From an uncultured Christensenellaceae bacterium (GTDB lineage: Bacteria; Bacillota; Clostridia; Christensenellales; Borkfalkiaceae): DNA of 64,000 bases. The notes beneath the pieces are model-generated. The model had not been told where the DNA came from and made no database searches. It saw nothing but the letters and a program-made list of their open reading frames with translations. The position numbers were made by a program, and so were the translations under genes. The DNA is taken from assembly GCA_910586655.1 (NCBI GenBank), contig CAJUIR010000006.1:5723-69722 (forward strand), written 5' to 3'. This document shows positions 47,149 to 56,557 of this stretch, piece after piece; position 1 is the stretch's first letter, and every line of letters starts with the position of its first letter.

Positions 47149-47379
47149 TTATTTCAATCTCGTAAAATTCTTTACGCGGACGGCGCGAAACGTAAGCGTA
47201 ACGGAAATGACGCCGCCCTCTTTTTTAATCGACATTCTCGCTTTGCTCTCCGTTTCGAAATACTCGTCGGCAACGCGCTGAAAATCCCGAATTGCGGCTT
47301 CCTCCGTTTCGAGATTCATTTCTTCTTTGTCTTCCGCAAGCATGCGCGCCAAACGGTGTTTGGTTGAAAGTTCTCTCAT
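47149..47379 (-). CDS. MinE-like small protein (short N-terminus)
   Basis: 76 aa. AGGAG lies 6 nt upstream, and the gene starts 14 nt after the minD stop. The pattern HRLARMLAEDK...FQRVADEYFE...VTLTFRAVRVKNF resembles MinE (AKERLxxxxxxDR ... ILxVISKYxEID ... ANIPI). The usual N-terminal amphipathic membrane-targeting segment is missing. Confidence 0.45.
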   Translation of the reverse strand: MRELSTKHRLARMLAEDKEEMNLETEEAAIRDFQRVADEYFETESKARMSIKKEGGVISVTLTFRAVRVKNFTRLK

Positions 47380-47393
47380 ATCCGCTCCTATCC

Positions 47394-48116
47394 TTATTTA
47401 TGTCCGCGTTGTTTGAATTGATTTTTTTCTCCCAGCGTGAAGTAAGCGCCCAGTGCGCGGAACGCGCGCGAACGTTCGTAGATGTTGTCGAGAAACAGTT
47501 TGTCTTCCTCGGGCACAACGGCGACGAGAGGCAGACGAAGCGCGGACGAGATTTCCGCAGGCGTTAGAATTTCTCCGCGGCGCGTCCAATCCTTGCGCAC
47601 CATATTGATAACCAGCCCCACTTCACGGAACCGATAACTTTTCAAGATCCCCGAAACGCGGTCGGCATCGCGCATGGCGGAAATATGCGGCGTTGTAACG
47701 AGCAGCGCTTCCTCGGCACAGGAAGCGGCGCGGTGAAAGCCGTCCTCTATCCCTGCGGGAGAATCGATAAAAATGTAATCGAACTGCGGAGCAAGCGCGT
47801 CCAAAACAAGACGGATCGCCTGCGGAGATACGTACCGCTCCGAAACGCGGTTGCTTGCAAGACAGTAGAGCGTGGGATAGCGGGGATGACGCACCAGCGC
47901 CTGACGCGGACGGCAGCGACCCTCCACTGCGTCCAGTACGTCGTATATCGCCAAATTTTCGGTTCCGAACACCACGTCTACGTTATTGAGTCCGAAGTCC
48001 AGATCGCACACGATGACGCGGCTGCCCGTTTTGGCAAGTTGAACGGCAAGATTACAACAGACCGTCGTTTTCCCGACGCCCCCTTTCCCAGACGTGATTA
48101 CGATTTTTCTTGCCAT
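47394..48116 (-). CDS. minD: MinD-type (MinD/ParA superfamily) ATPase
   Basis: Deviant Walker A ITSGKGGVGKTT, followed by DLDFGLNNVDVVFG, YDVLDAVEGRC, IDSPAGIE and VTTPHISAMRDADRV. Start at ATG 48116 with GGAGG 7 nt upstream. Confidence 0.8.
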   Translation of the reverse strand: MARKIVITSGKGGVGKTTVCCNLAVQLAKTGSRVIVCDLDFGLNNVDVVFGTENLAIYDVLDAVEGRCRPRQALVRHPRYPTLYCLASNRVSERYVSPQAIRLVLDALAPQFDYIFIDSPAGIEDGFHRAASCAEEALLVTTPHISAMRDADRVSGILKSYRFREVGLVINMVRKDWTRRGEILTPAEISSALRLPLVAVVPEEDKLFLDNIYERSRAFRALGAYFTLGEKNQFKQRGHK

Positions 48117-48191
48117 TGCTTCGCCTCCGCGCGCGCGTTTTGACCATGATAACACATGGATACAGGCATATTTTTACGAGTTTTGTCGAAG

Positions 48192-48227
48192 AAAAAAGGA
48201 ATCGGAGGAAAACCTCCGATTCCTTTT
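48192..48227 (-). terminator. Intrinsic terminator after the ABC-transporter unit
   Basis: Stem GGAATCGGAGG/CCTCCGATTCC followed by T6 on the minus strand. Confidence 0.85.
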
Positions 48228-48303
48228 ATTTCTGCAACAGCGATTTTAAATATTCCTCGTACTCTTCATCGGTGAGTTTGGGAATTTTTTTCTTATTAGC
48301 CAT
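48226..48303 (-). CDS. Candidate 25-codon small ORF (MANKKKIPKLTDEEYEEYLKSLLQK)
   Basis: ATG preceded by GAGGT at 4-nt spacing. It lies 46 nt after the ABC gene stop, and its stop codon abuts the terminator stem. No similarity evidence. Confidence 0.3.
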   Translation of the reverse strand: MANKKKIPKLTDEEYEEYLKSLLQK

Positions 48304-48352
48304 ACTTACCTCGTAAATTTGTATATAGAAAGTATGCCCTCTTTTACACGAT

Positions 48353-51124
48353 TTATTCGGTTCGTAAAGCGATCACGGGGTCTTTTTTCGCGGCAGCCTG
48401 CGCAGGGATCAATCCCGATATCAAAGTCAACAGCACGCTGACGCATACCATGATGAACGCCGTAAGCGGCGGAAGCGCGGCAATGCCCGCAATTCCCGCA
48501 AGCGAGAAGATGATCGCATTGATCACAAACGAAAGCAGATAAGTTACGACGACGCCGAACAGTCCTGCCGCAAGCCCGATTATAAACGTTTCGGCATTGA
48601 ACAGATTGCGAATATCCTGCTTTCTCGCCCCGAGAGAACGCAATACGCCGATCTCTTTGATGCGCTCTACGACCGATACATATGTGATGATCCCGATCAT
48701 GACCGAAGACACGATCAGCGAAATTGCGGTGAACGCAACGAGAACGTAAGTGATGACGTCAAGCATGGTCTGCATCATCCCCATGAGCAAGCCGACCGTA
48801 TCGGAATAAGTGATCTTATCGAGTTCGCCCAGCGTGACGCTCTGCGCAACGCCGTCTTCGTCCATATATTCGTAAACGCGGTTTCCGCTTTCGCACCAGT
48901 CGTTCCAGATATCGAGATATTCGAGCAATTCGTCTTTTCCGTCGAAATCCGACGCAAAGACGGAAATGGCGTTGGGGAAATCGTCGCCGCCCACGTGGCG
49001 AAGTACGGTGTCTTCCGAGGTGTAACTCACGCCCGATTGATCTTTGGAAGTATAGTAATGCGCGAGATTTTGCGCAGGCGGATTGAAATAGAACGTATAT
49101 TCGCCCAAATCGGTATCCATCGTCTGGCTGTTTTCGTTGATAAACCGAACTAAATCGGAATGGATATTTTGCGCGATATACCGTTCAACCGTCGCCTCCG
49201 TCAAATTCAAGCCCGATGTAAGGCATCCGTAGGTCAATCCCTTCTTTAAACGCAAAATGCCCGTAACCGTGATCTTGATCCCCTCTTCGTCCGAAGCGTT
49301 CAGATCGTCGCGTTTGCCCTCATAAGTGTACGGATAGGGATTTTCCATCGTCGGTGTGTTTTGACGATACACTTCGTTGTTGTAGTAAAGCACGTACTCT
49401 TTTCCGACGATCTCGTCGAACGGAATGGTCTGTTTGTCGAAATCGATGGAAGGTTCTTCGCCCTCTTTCTCCTCGAACAGCGAAATAAACGTCGGTTCAT
49501 CCAACAATCCGAGTTGCGCAAGCGTTAAGTCGGATACTTCGTTGTTGCTTCCCACAACAAGCACCGCTTCGCGTTCGTTGCGGGGGAAATGCCCTTCTCC
49601 GACGATTTCGTACTGGGAAAGTACATACTTCCCGTAAGATACGTCGGATAAATCGCCGCTCCCGGGCATCTTGGTAACAATATTGCCGAAATAATTCGCC
49701 ATCGGCACGAGGGAGGAATATATGGGTTTATACGTCTGTAATTCGCTGATATAAAATTCTTTGAGGTTGGCAAGCGAACGGTAATCCGTTCTGATCTCGT
49801 CTCCCTCTTTTACGCCGCCTGTCTGAACGCTCGTAAACAAGTTATCGCTCAACGATACGCCGTATCCGTATTGAATGGCATGATACCATGCGGGATCCAT
49901 CTTTTCGATATAATCGAGATAGGCGGGCGTAATATTGTTCTTGACGGACATCTGATTGGCAAGCCCCGTCAGAAAAGAATCGATATACACTTTATCGCCC
50001 AACTGCGACATATCGGGCATATCCTTTTCGGAAGTAAACGAAGTCATGATCGACGCCATATCGTACGTGCTTTCGGTTACCTGCACGGGATAGTAGGAAA
50101 GCATATCTTCTTCCGTTCGCTTGATGTAACTGTTGAATCCGCTCGAAAGCGCAAGCACCAGACATACGCTGATGATCCCGATGCTCCCCGCAATGGAGGT
50201 GACTACGGTCCTGCCCTTTTTGGTCAGCAGATTCCGCGCGCTGAGCGCAAGAGAACTGAGAAAGTTCATGCGGGCGCGGAGTTGTTTCTCTTTTTTCTTT
50301 TTGGGCTTTTTTCCGTTCTGAACCGATTCTTCCGATTCTTCCGAACCCTGCGTTTCATCGGTCGCGCGTTCCGTTTGAACGGAATCTTCTTTCGCGGTTT
50401 CCGCGGCATCCGTTTTCGCAACGGGCGACGCCGATTCTTCGCTGCCGTCGTAAGGATTGGAATCGGATTCCATGAATCCGTCCTTGAACCGTACCAGACG
50501 GGAGGCATACCGTTCCGCGAGTTCGGGATTGTGGGTTACCATGATGACGAGGCGTTCCGCCGCGATCTCTTTAATGAGTTCCATGATCTGGACGCTCGTT
50601 TCCGAATCGAGCGCGCCCGTCGGTTCGTCCGCCAGCAGAATGTCGGGGTTATTGACAAGCGCGCGCGCAATAGCGACGCGCTGGCATTGTCCGCCCGAAA
50701 GTTGGTTGGGACGTTTATGTAATTCCTTCCCAAGTCCCACGCGCTCCAACGCCTGCGTTGCACGTTTTTTGCGCTCCTCGCGCCCTACGCCCGCAATGGT
50801 GAGCGCGATCTCCACGTTGCCGAGTACAGTTTGATGGGGAATGAGGTTATAAGACTGAAAGATAAATCCGATGCGATGGTTGCGGTATACGTCCCAATCG
50901 CGGTCGGTAAAGTCTTTGGTAGACTTGCCCTGAATGACCAAATCGCCCGAAGTATAGTGATCCAATCCGCCGATGATATTGAGCAGCGTCGTCTTTCCGC
51001 ATCCGGACGGACCCAAAATACATACAAATTCGCTCTTGCGAAAATCGAGGCTGACGCCTTTTAACGCATGGACGTATTCGGAAGCAACTTTATAGTCTTT
51101 TTTGATATCCTTTAATTTTAACAT
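48353..51124 (-). CDS. MacB-like ABC transporter, fused ATP-binding and FtsX-type permease domains
   Basis: Walker [10 protein letters not shown], signature LSGGQCQR and Walker [13 protein letters not shown]. This is followed by a TM helix, a large extracytoplasmic region and a C-terminal FtsX-type 3-TM bundle. Confidence 0.9.
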   Translation of the reverse strand: MLKLKDIKKDYKVASEYVHALKGVSLDFRKSEFVCILGPSGCGKTTLLNIIGGLDHYTSGDLVIQGKSTKDFTDRDWDVYRNHRIGFIFQSYNLIPHQTVLGNVEIALTIAGVGREERKKRATQALERVGLGKELHKRPNQLSGGQCQRVAIARALVNNPDILLADEPTGALDSETSVQIMELIKEIAAERLVIMVTHNPELAERYASRLVRFKDGFMESDSNPYDGSEESASPVAKTDAAETAKEDSVQTERATDETQGSEESEESVQNGKKPKKKKEKQLRARMNFLSSLALSARNLLTKKGRTVVTSIAGSIGIISVCLVLALSSGFNSYIKRTEEDMLSYYPVQVTESTYDMASIMTSFTSEKDMPDMSQLGDKVYIDSFLTGLANQMSVKNNITPAYLDYIEKMDPAWYHAIQYGYGVSLSDNLFTSVQTGGVKEGDEIRTDYRSLANLKEFYISELQTYKPIYSSLVPMANYFGNIVTKMPGSGDLSDVSYGKYVLSQYEIVGEGHFPRNEREAVLVVGSNNEVSDLTLAQLGLLDEPTFISLFEEKEGEEPSIDFDKQTIPFDEIVGKEYVLYYNNEVYRQNTPTMENPYPYTYEGKRDDLNASDEEGIKITVTGILRLKKGLTYGCLTSGLNLTEATVERYIAQNIHSDLVRFINENSQTMDTDLGEYTFYFNPPAQNLAHYYTSKDQSGVSYTSEDTVLRHVGGDDFPNAISVFASDFDGKDELLEYLDIWNDWCESGNRVYEYMDEDGVAQSVTLGELDKITYSDTVGLLMGMMQTMLDVITYVLVAFTAISLIVSSVMIGIITYVSVVERIKEIGVLRSLGARKQDIRNLFNAETFIIGLAAGLFGVVVTYLLSFVINAIIFSLAGIAGIAALPPLTAFIMVCVSVLLTLISGLIPAQAAAKKDPVIALRTE

Positions 51125-51161
51125 GCTTTCTCCTGCTTTCTCCTGAGGATCTCTGCCGTTT

Positions 51162-51638
51162 TTATTTATTTTTAGATTGACCCGATCGTTCGATCGTTTC
51201 GCGCTTCAAATTTTCATACACTTCGGAAAGTTCTCTGCATTCGGAAAGAAAAGACTCCCATTTCTCCTTTCCGTAAGCGGAGATGATTTTCGAAATATAC
51301 TCGTTCGCCTGCTTGCATTGTTCTTCGTATACGCCGAGCGTCCGTTCGGAAAGTTGAACGTATGCGATTTTCTTATTGTCGGGCGAAAACGCGCGTTTGA
51401 TCACGCCCTCCTTTTCCATCTTGTTCACGATCTGCGAAACGGCGGAGCGCGTTACGCCGATGCGGCGCGCAAGTTCGGAGGAAATGATTTGGTTTCCCCT
51501 TTCGTTTTCCGTTACGATTTCCCGCAAAATCCGAAATTCCGTTTTCGAAAATTTTGCCGTTGCCGCAAACAAATCGAGATTTTCGATTTTTCGCAGGATC
51601 TGCATGAACTGCGTCAAATATTCGTTCGTCTCTTTCAT
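51162..51638 (-). CDS. MarR-family transcriptional regulator
   Basis: wHTH region ELARRIGVTRSAVSQIVNKMEKEGVIKRAFSPDNKKIAYVQLS. It lies 37 nt upstream of the ABC gene. Confidence 0.85.
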   Translation of the reverse strand: MKETNEYLTQFMQILRKIENLDLFAATAKFSKTEFRILREIVTENERGNQIISSELARRIGVTRSAVSQIVNKMEKEGVIKRAFSPDNKKIAYVQLSERTLGVYEEQCKQANEYISKIISAYGKEKWESFLSECRELSEVYENLKRETIERSGQSKNK

Positions 51639-51803
51639 ACCTGTTTCTCGTTATGTATTATTCTAAACAATAATTATTATATACAAAAGACGGCTTGACT
51701 GTCAACTTCAAAACCGCCTGAAATGATAAATTCACGATAAATTCACAAAGCATACGTTTCCGCCTGACTCTGCACTTTCGCACCGTTATTTAAAGCAATG
51801 CCG

Positions 51804-52865
51804 TCATTCTTCCGTTTCGTCCACGTCCTCCGGCGCTTCGGGCTCGGGAATAAAGGGATTCAACGGTGAGGTAACGGGCGTCAGATCGTATTTATCGTCG
51901 ATATCGCCCACCAGTTCTTCCACCATATCCTCGCGCGTGATCAACCCCAAAGAGTTGCCCGAAGGCCCCACGATCACCATATGTTCCCGCATTCCCTGCA
52001 TCTTTTTCATGAGTTCTGCAACCTTTACGTCGGGCATGGTTCTGGAAACGGGTCGGACGATATTCATGAAGTCCCGCCGCCCCGCAAGCATATTTTCGTA
52101 GAAATCGGCGCGATACAGAATTCCGATAATGTTGGGCTTGGTGCCCTTGTAAACGGGGATCCGCGAAAAATTGGTTTCTCTGAAAATTTTATAGACGGAA
52201 CGCACGTCTTCCCGCGCCTCCGTCATGACAACGCGATCGAGCGGGATCATGCAGGATCCGACGTGCAAGTCGTTATACCGCAGCGTTTTCGTGATCAGAT
52301 CCTGCTCCGTTTCGTCCAGAACGCCTTCCTCGTGAATATCCGATACGAGCATTTTAAATTCCTGCTCGGTATATTTGGGTTTCTTTTTGTTGAAACCGAA
52401 AATTAAAAACACCAGTTTTTTCCACACGCCGAACAACAAATTGAGCGGTAAAAACAGATAAGTACACAAGACCAGCGGAAACGCCATGATGCAGGCAAAC
52501 GATTCGGGCGTTTCCCGCGCAAGCGTTTTGGGCGTGATCTCACTGAAAATCACGAGTACGATGGTAAGTACGACGGTAGAAATCGTCGGTCCCAACTCAC
52601 CGCCCAAAAGGTCAACAAAAATCACGGTGGAAATGGTTGCCGCCGCGATGTTGACGATATTATTTCCGATGAGAAGCGTCGTAAGTACTTTATTGTAGTC
52701 CTCACTCAACTTTAAAGCAAGCCGCGCAGTGCGCTTTTTCTCCGCCAAAGCGCGCATCCGCACCGTACTGAAACTCGTATAAGCCGTTTCGGTTGCACTG
52801 AAGAACCCCGACAATACGATGAGCACAATTAGCGCAATCAACAGTCCTATGGTAGTACTGTCCAT
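51804..52865 (-). CDS. CNNM/DUF21 plus CBS-pair membrane protein (HlyC/CorC-type transporter family), without an obvious CorC_HlyC C-terminal domain
   Basis: The N-terminus has 4 TM helices, with SGFFSATETAYTS and ITPKTLA motifs. A CBS-pair region follows. The protein ends in an acidic tail. Confidence 0.8.
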   Translation of the reverse strand: MDSTTIGLLIALIVLIVLSGFFSATETAYTSFSTVRMRALAEKKRTARLALKLSEDYNKVLTTLLIGNNIVNIAAATISTVIFVDLLGGELGPTISTVVLTIVLVIFSEITPKTLARETPESFACIMAFPLVLCTYLFLPLNLLFGVWKKLVFLIFGFNKKKPKYTEQEFKMLVSDIHEEGVLDETEQDLITKTLRYNDLHVGSCMIPLDRVVMTEAREDVRSVYKIFRETNFSRIPVYKGTKPNIIGILYRADFYENMLAGRRDFMNIVRPVSRTMPDVKVAELMKKMQGMREHMVIVGPSGNSLGLITREDMVEELVGDIDDKYDLTPVTSPLNPFIPEPEAPEDVDETEE

Positions 52866-52891
52866 AATGCGAAAAAACGATCCTCCTTAAT

Positions 52892-53458
52892 TTATGAATT
52901 ATATTTTCGTTTCCGCGTGATGACAAACAGCGGAACGCTTTCTCCGTGATCTCTGCCGCGTCCGATTGCGGCGGGTTTTTCCTGTTCCTCGGGCGTATCC
53001 AGCATCGCGGAAATTTTCATCAATTCCTGCGTACGCTCTTCCGAAAGCGCGTTCATTTTGTATTCGGACAGAATATGCGCGATCGTTTCGACCATCTCTT
53101 CTTTGGGCTCTTTCTCTTCTTCCGAAACTTGGTTCGAGCCGTAACGTTTTACGCCGACGGGCGCGGGCGCGGATTTTGCCTGCGCCTTAGGCGCAGTCTC
53201 CGTCCGCTCTTGCGCGGGATCCGCTTTTTTCATCTCGGATTCGTCGAGAGGCGGTTCGGGAAGCAGGTAAGAAGGAATTTTACGGCTGCCGCGTTGCAAG
53301 ACGTTTTCAAGACGTTCGTGCGCTTTTGCGCAGCGATACTCGTCTTTACTGAAACAATACAGACAGCGCGCATATTTTTTGCACATGTCGCAGCCAAGCG
53401 CTTTTTCCGCTTTCTCTTTTTCCTGTACCAGATACAAGTCTAATTCTTGCGTCGTCAT
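52892..53458 (-). CDS. Hypothetical protein with N-terminal Cys cluster and acidic, low-complexity remainder
   Basis: CDMCKKYARCLYCFSKDEYRC cluster near the N-terminus. It ends 26 nt upstream of the CNNM gene. I recognise no family. Confidence 0.45.
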   Translation of the reverse strand: MTTQELDLYLVQEKEKAEKALGCDMCKKYARCLYCFSKDEYRCAKAHERLENVLQRGSRKIPSYLLPEPPLDESEMKKADPAQERTETAPKAQAKSAPAPVGVKRYGSNQVSEEEKEPKEEMVETIAHILSEYKMNALSEERTQELMKISAMLDTPEEQEKPAAIGRGRDHGESVPLFVITRKRKYNS

Positions 53459-53625
53459 GTTTCACCTTCCGTAAAAGTCCGTAAGATATTTTTATTATAC
53501 TCGAAAAAAAGTTATTTTACAAGTGTTCCGCGGAAAATATTTCAAAACGTTCACAATTTTTTGATCCTTCGGTTTTTTGTTTCGCCTATCCCCCCAAACT
53601 TTTTCCTTATTTATAATAAAAGCGG

Positions 53626-53654
53626 TTGATTTTTTTCAAGCGATTGTTTATAAT
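53626..53654 (+). promoter_or_regulatory. Candidate rnf-operon promoter TTGATT-17-TATAAT
   Basis: -35 at 53626..53631 and -10 at 53649..53654. The first plausible start codon (GTG 53661) is only 6 nt downstream. Confidence 0.55.
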
Positions 53655-53660
53655 AAAACG

Positions 53661-54224
53661 GTGAAAAAAAAGGGAAAATCGATCGGTGCAAAAAAAATTA
53701 CGATACTTGCGCTGTTGACGGGACTGGGGCTGATCGCGTTCTTGATCGAAGCCCTCATTCCCGTGCTTCCCGTTCCCGGGGCGAAACTGGGGATCTCCAA
53801 TATTTTTTCTCTGTTCGCCCTCGTCATGTACGGTCTGCCGGAGGCGCTGATGGTCGTCGTCGCGCGGACGGTTCTGGGAAGCATTTTTGCGGGAAACCTT
53901 TCTCTTTTGCTTTACAGTTTAACAGCCGGCGTCGTAAGCGTCTGCGTTTCGCGCCTGCTTCTTTTGCTGTTCCCGCGCATCAGTATTCTTTCCGTCAGCG
54001 TAACGTCTGCCCTCGTACATAATCTCGTGCAACTGCTCGTGTACTGCGGATTGACGCAGACGATGCTTTTAATGTCCTATGCGCCTTATTTGTGCCTGAT
54101 GGGTACGGGCGCGGGGATCGTCGTGGGACTGGCAGTCGTATTTACCGTAAAAGCCGTACCCCTTTCCGTGTTCCATAAGATCGGGGTTGGAAATAAAGAA
54201 AATTCAGAAACCGGAGGAAACAAA
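53661..54224 (+). CDS. 'Gx transporter' / Hpre_diP_synt_I-like polytopic membrane module; no stop codon, reads in frame into rnfC
   Basis: KKITILALLTGLGLIAFLIEALIPVLPVPGAKLGISNIFSLFALVMYGLPEALMVVVARTVLGSIFAGNLSLLLYSL matches my memory of this family. The start (GTG 53661) is uncertain. The frame stays open to 55520. Confidence 0.65.
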
Positions 54225-55520
54225 TTGAAAGCGAAAAACGGAAAACTTTTCTTCCGCGGCGTTCACATTCGCGGCAGAAAAGAACTCTCGGAAAGCAATC
54301 CTATCGAACCGCTGAACGGTTCGTGGGAAGTTGCCATTCCCGTGAGTCAGCACATCGGCGCGCCCGCCGAGCCTGTCGCGGAAGTCGGACAAACTGTCAA
54401 ACGCGGTCAACTGATCGCAAAAAGCGCAGGCCGGATTTCCGCGAACGTGCATGCAAGCATTGCGGGCACGGTCAAAGAAATTGCGGAGCGCTGCGACGGT
54501 CGGGGTGTAAAGGGCGTTCACATCGTGATCGCGCCGAGCGAAAAACAGGAAACGGACTATCTTCCTCCCCTAACGGAACTTACGGGCGAACAGATCGCAA
54601 AGCGCGTAGAGGAAGCGGGCATCGTCGGTATGGGCGGCGCGGGCTTCCCGACGCACGTCAAACTTGCGCCCCAAAGCGCGGTGGACACGCTCATCCTCAA
54701 CGGCGCGGAATGCGAACCCTATCTTACCTGCGACGACCGACTCATGCAGGAACAGCGCGATAAGATCGTGCGCGGCGCATTCTATCTTGCCAAGGCGCTC
54801 GGCGTAAACCAAGTGATGATCGGCATCGAAAAGAACAAACCGCAGGCGATCGCATTGTTTGAAAAAACCGATCTCCAAGTGATCGCGCTCAAAAAGCAGT
54901 ACCCCATGGGTTCGGAAAAACACCTCATTTACTGCTGTACGGGCAGAAAAGTGCCGCTCGGAAAACTTCCCGCAGACGCAGGCGTCGTGGTGCAAAACGT
55001 AGCGACCGCGTACAGCGTATGCGAAGCCGTGGAAGATGGCAAACCGCTGATCGAACGCGTCGTCACCGTATCGGGAAGCGGCGTGGAACAACCGAAAAAT
55101 CTGCTCTGCCCCGTCGGCGCGCCCCTTTCCGCACTCATCGAGCAATGCGGCGGCGTAAAAGAAAACGCTGTGAAATACGTCGCGGGAGGACCCATGACGG
55201 GTACGGCATTGACGGGAGCGGACGCAGTCGTGACCAAAACGACTTCGGGATTCCTCTTCCTCACGGCAAAGGAAACGTGCAATGCAGAACCGACTCCCTG
55301 CATCAACTGCGGAAAATGCGCCGAAGTCTGCCCTATGAAACTCATGCCCATGCAGATCGAATTTTACGCGGCAAACAAAGATTACGAAAACGCGAATAAA
55401 CGCGGCGGCGCGCTCGCCTGCATCGGCTGCGGCGCATGCGGATATATCTGTCCTGCCCGCCGCCCGTTGGCACAGGCGATCAAAACGACAAAAGCCGAAC
55501 TCGGGAGGAAAAAATCATGA
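54225..55520 (+). CDS. rnfC: Rnf electron-transport complex subunit C module
   Basis: FFRGVHIRGRKELS...PVSQHIGAPAEPV N-terminus, GMGGAGFPTHVKL (NADH/FMN site) and two CxxCxxCxxxCP clusters. An in-frame TTG at 54225 has GGAGGA 6 nt upstream. Confidence 0.9.
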   Translation: MKAKNGKLFFRGVHIRGRKELSESNPIEPLNGSWEVAIPVSQHIGAPAEPVAEVGQTVKRGQLIAKSAGRISANVHASIAGTVKEIAERCDGRGVKGVHIVIAPSEKQETDYLPPLTELTGEQIAKRVEEAGIVGMGGAGFPTHVKLAPQSAVDTLILNGAECEPYLTCDDRLMQEQRDKIVRGAFYLAKALGVNQVMIGIEKNKPQAIALFEKTDLQVIALKKQYPMGSEKHLIYCCTGRKVPLGKLPADAGVVVQNVATAYSVCEAVEDGKPLIERVVTVSGSGVEQPKNLLCPVGAPLSALIEQCGGVKENAVKYVAGGPMTGTALTGADAVVTKTTSGFLFLTAKETCNAEPTPCINCGKCAEVCPMKLMPMQIEFYAANKDYENANKRGGALACIGCGACGYICPARRPLAQAIKTTKAELGRKKS

Positions 55521-56557
55521 GTCACATTCAAGTTTCCCCTACGCCGCACGTCAAAACGCGCCGCACGACAAAGCATATCATGCTCGACGTGCTGATCGCG
55601 CTCGTTCCCGCAACGGCGGCGAGCATCGTTTATTTCGGCTGGCAGGCGGCGGTGATGATCCTGATCGCGCTTGCTTCGGCATTCCTCACGGAATTCGTTT
55701 ACTACATCATTCAGAATAAAATCTGGAGAAGTCCCAAAGAAACCTGTTTGAAATTCTTCAGACAATTCGACTTCACTACGCTGGTCACTGGATTACTGCT
55801 CGCGCTGTGCATGCCCGCCAATATCAACGGCTGGTATATGCCGATATTGGGCAGTATCTTCGCGATTGCGGCGGTAAAAATGCTGTTCGGCGGCACGGGA
55901 AAAAACATCGTAAACCCTGCGTTGGCGGGAAGAGTTTTCCTGTTCATCTCCTTTACGTTGATGACGACAGCGGTTGCCTGCAACTTTGAAGCGATCAACG
56001 GCGGCGGCGCGGTACTGGAAACGGGCGCGACGCAACTGGGCGGCAATATCCTGCAAGGAAAAGAAAGCATCAACTTGCTCGATCTGTTCCTGGGTACGGG
56101 GTTAGCCACCACTGCAATGGGCGAAACCTGTAAAATCGCGTTGCTTGTCGGCGGAATTTATCTTTGCGTGCGCGGCGTGATCAAATGGTATCTCCCCCTC
56201 ATCTATATCGTGGTGGAAGGATTGTTTGCAGCAGCGCTCGACTGGAACATCAATTCGTTCCTTCCCTCGATTCTTTCGGGCGGTCTGATTCTGGGCGCGA
56301 TCTTTATGGCGACCGATTACGTTACTTCGCCCAAGAGCCGGATCGGAAATATCATTTATTTCGTGCTCCTCGGCCTTTTAACAGCGGGACTGAGAAAAGC
56401 GACGGGCATGGAAGTGGTTTCATTCTGTATCCTTCTGATGAACTTTATTGTATTCCTCATCGATATGTTCCTGCCGCTTCTTCCGTTCGGTTTTCAACGG
56501 AAAAAGAAAGAAAAGAAACCCGAAGCGGAAAAACCCGCAAAGGAGGAACGTGTATGA
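55517..56557 (+). CDS. rnfD: Rnf complex subunit D
   Basis: SPTPHVKTRRTTKHIMLDVLIALVPA start, a polytopic membrane protein, with an ETGAT candidate flavinylation motif. ATGA overlap with rnfC. Confidence 0.92.
   Translation: MSHIQVSPTPHVKTRRTTKHIMLDVLIALVPATAASIVYFGWQAAVMILIALASAFLTEFVYYIIQNKIWRSPKETCLKFFRQFDFTTLVTGLLLALCMPANINGWYMPILGSIFAIAAVKMLFGGTGKNIVNPALAGRVFLFISFTLMTTAVACNFEAINGGGAVLETGATQLGGNILQGKESINLLDLFLGTGLATTAMGETCKIALLVGGIYLCVRGVIKWYLPLIYIVVEGLFAAALDWNINSFLPSILSGGLILGAIFMATDYVTSPKSRIGNIIYFVLLGLLTAGLRKATGMEVVSFCILLMNFIVFLIDMFLPLLPFGFQRKKKEKKPEAEKPAKEERV

Noticed and set aside
47394-48116. MinD-like ATPase as a plasmid or prophage ParA partition gene
   Set aside because: There is no ParB or RHH partner, no centromere-like repeat array and no mobile-element genes nearby. 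The sequence motifs (DxDxGLxNxD, VEGRC, IDSPAGIE) look specifically MinD-like.
53577-53660. TTG 53577 as the start of the Gx/RnfC ORF
   Set aside because: The extra 28 codons cover an AT-rich stretch containing a TTGATT-17-TATAAT promoter and have no family match. The start remains uncertain.
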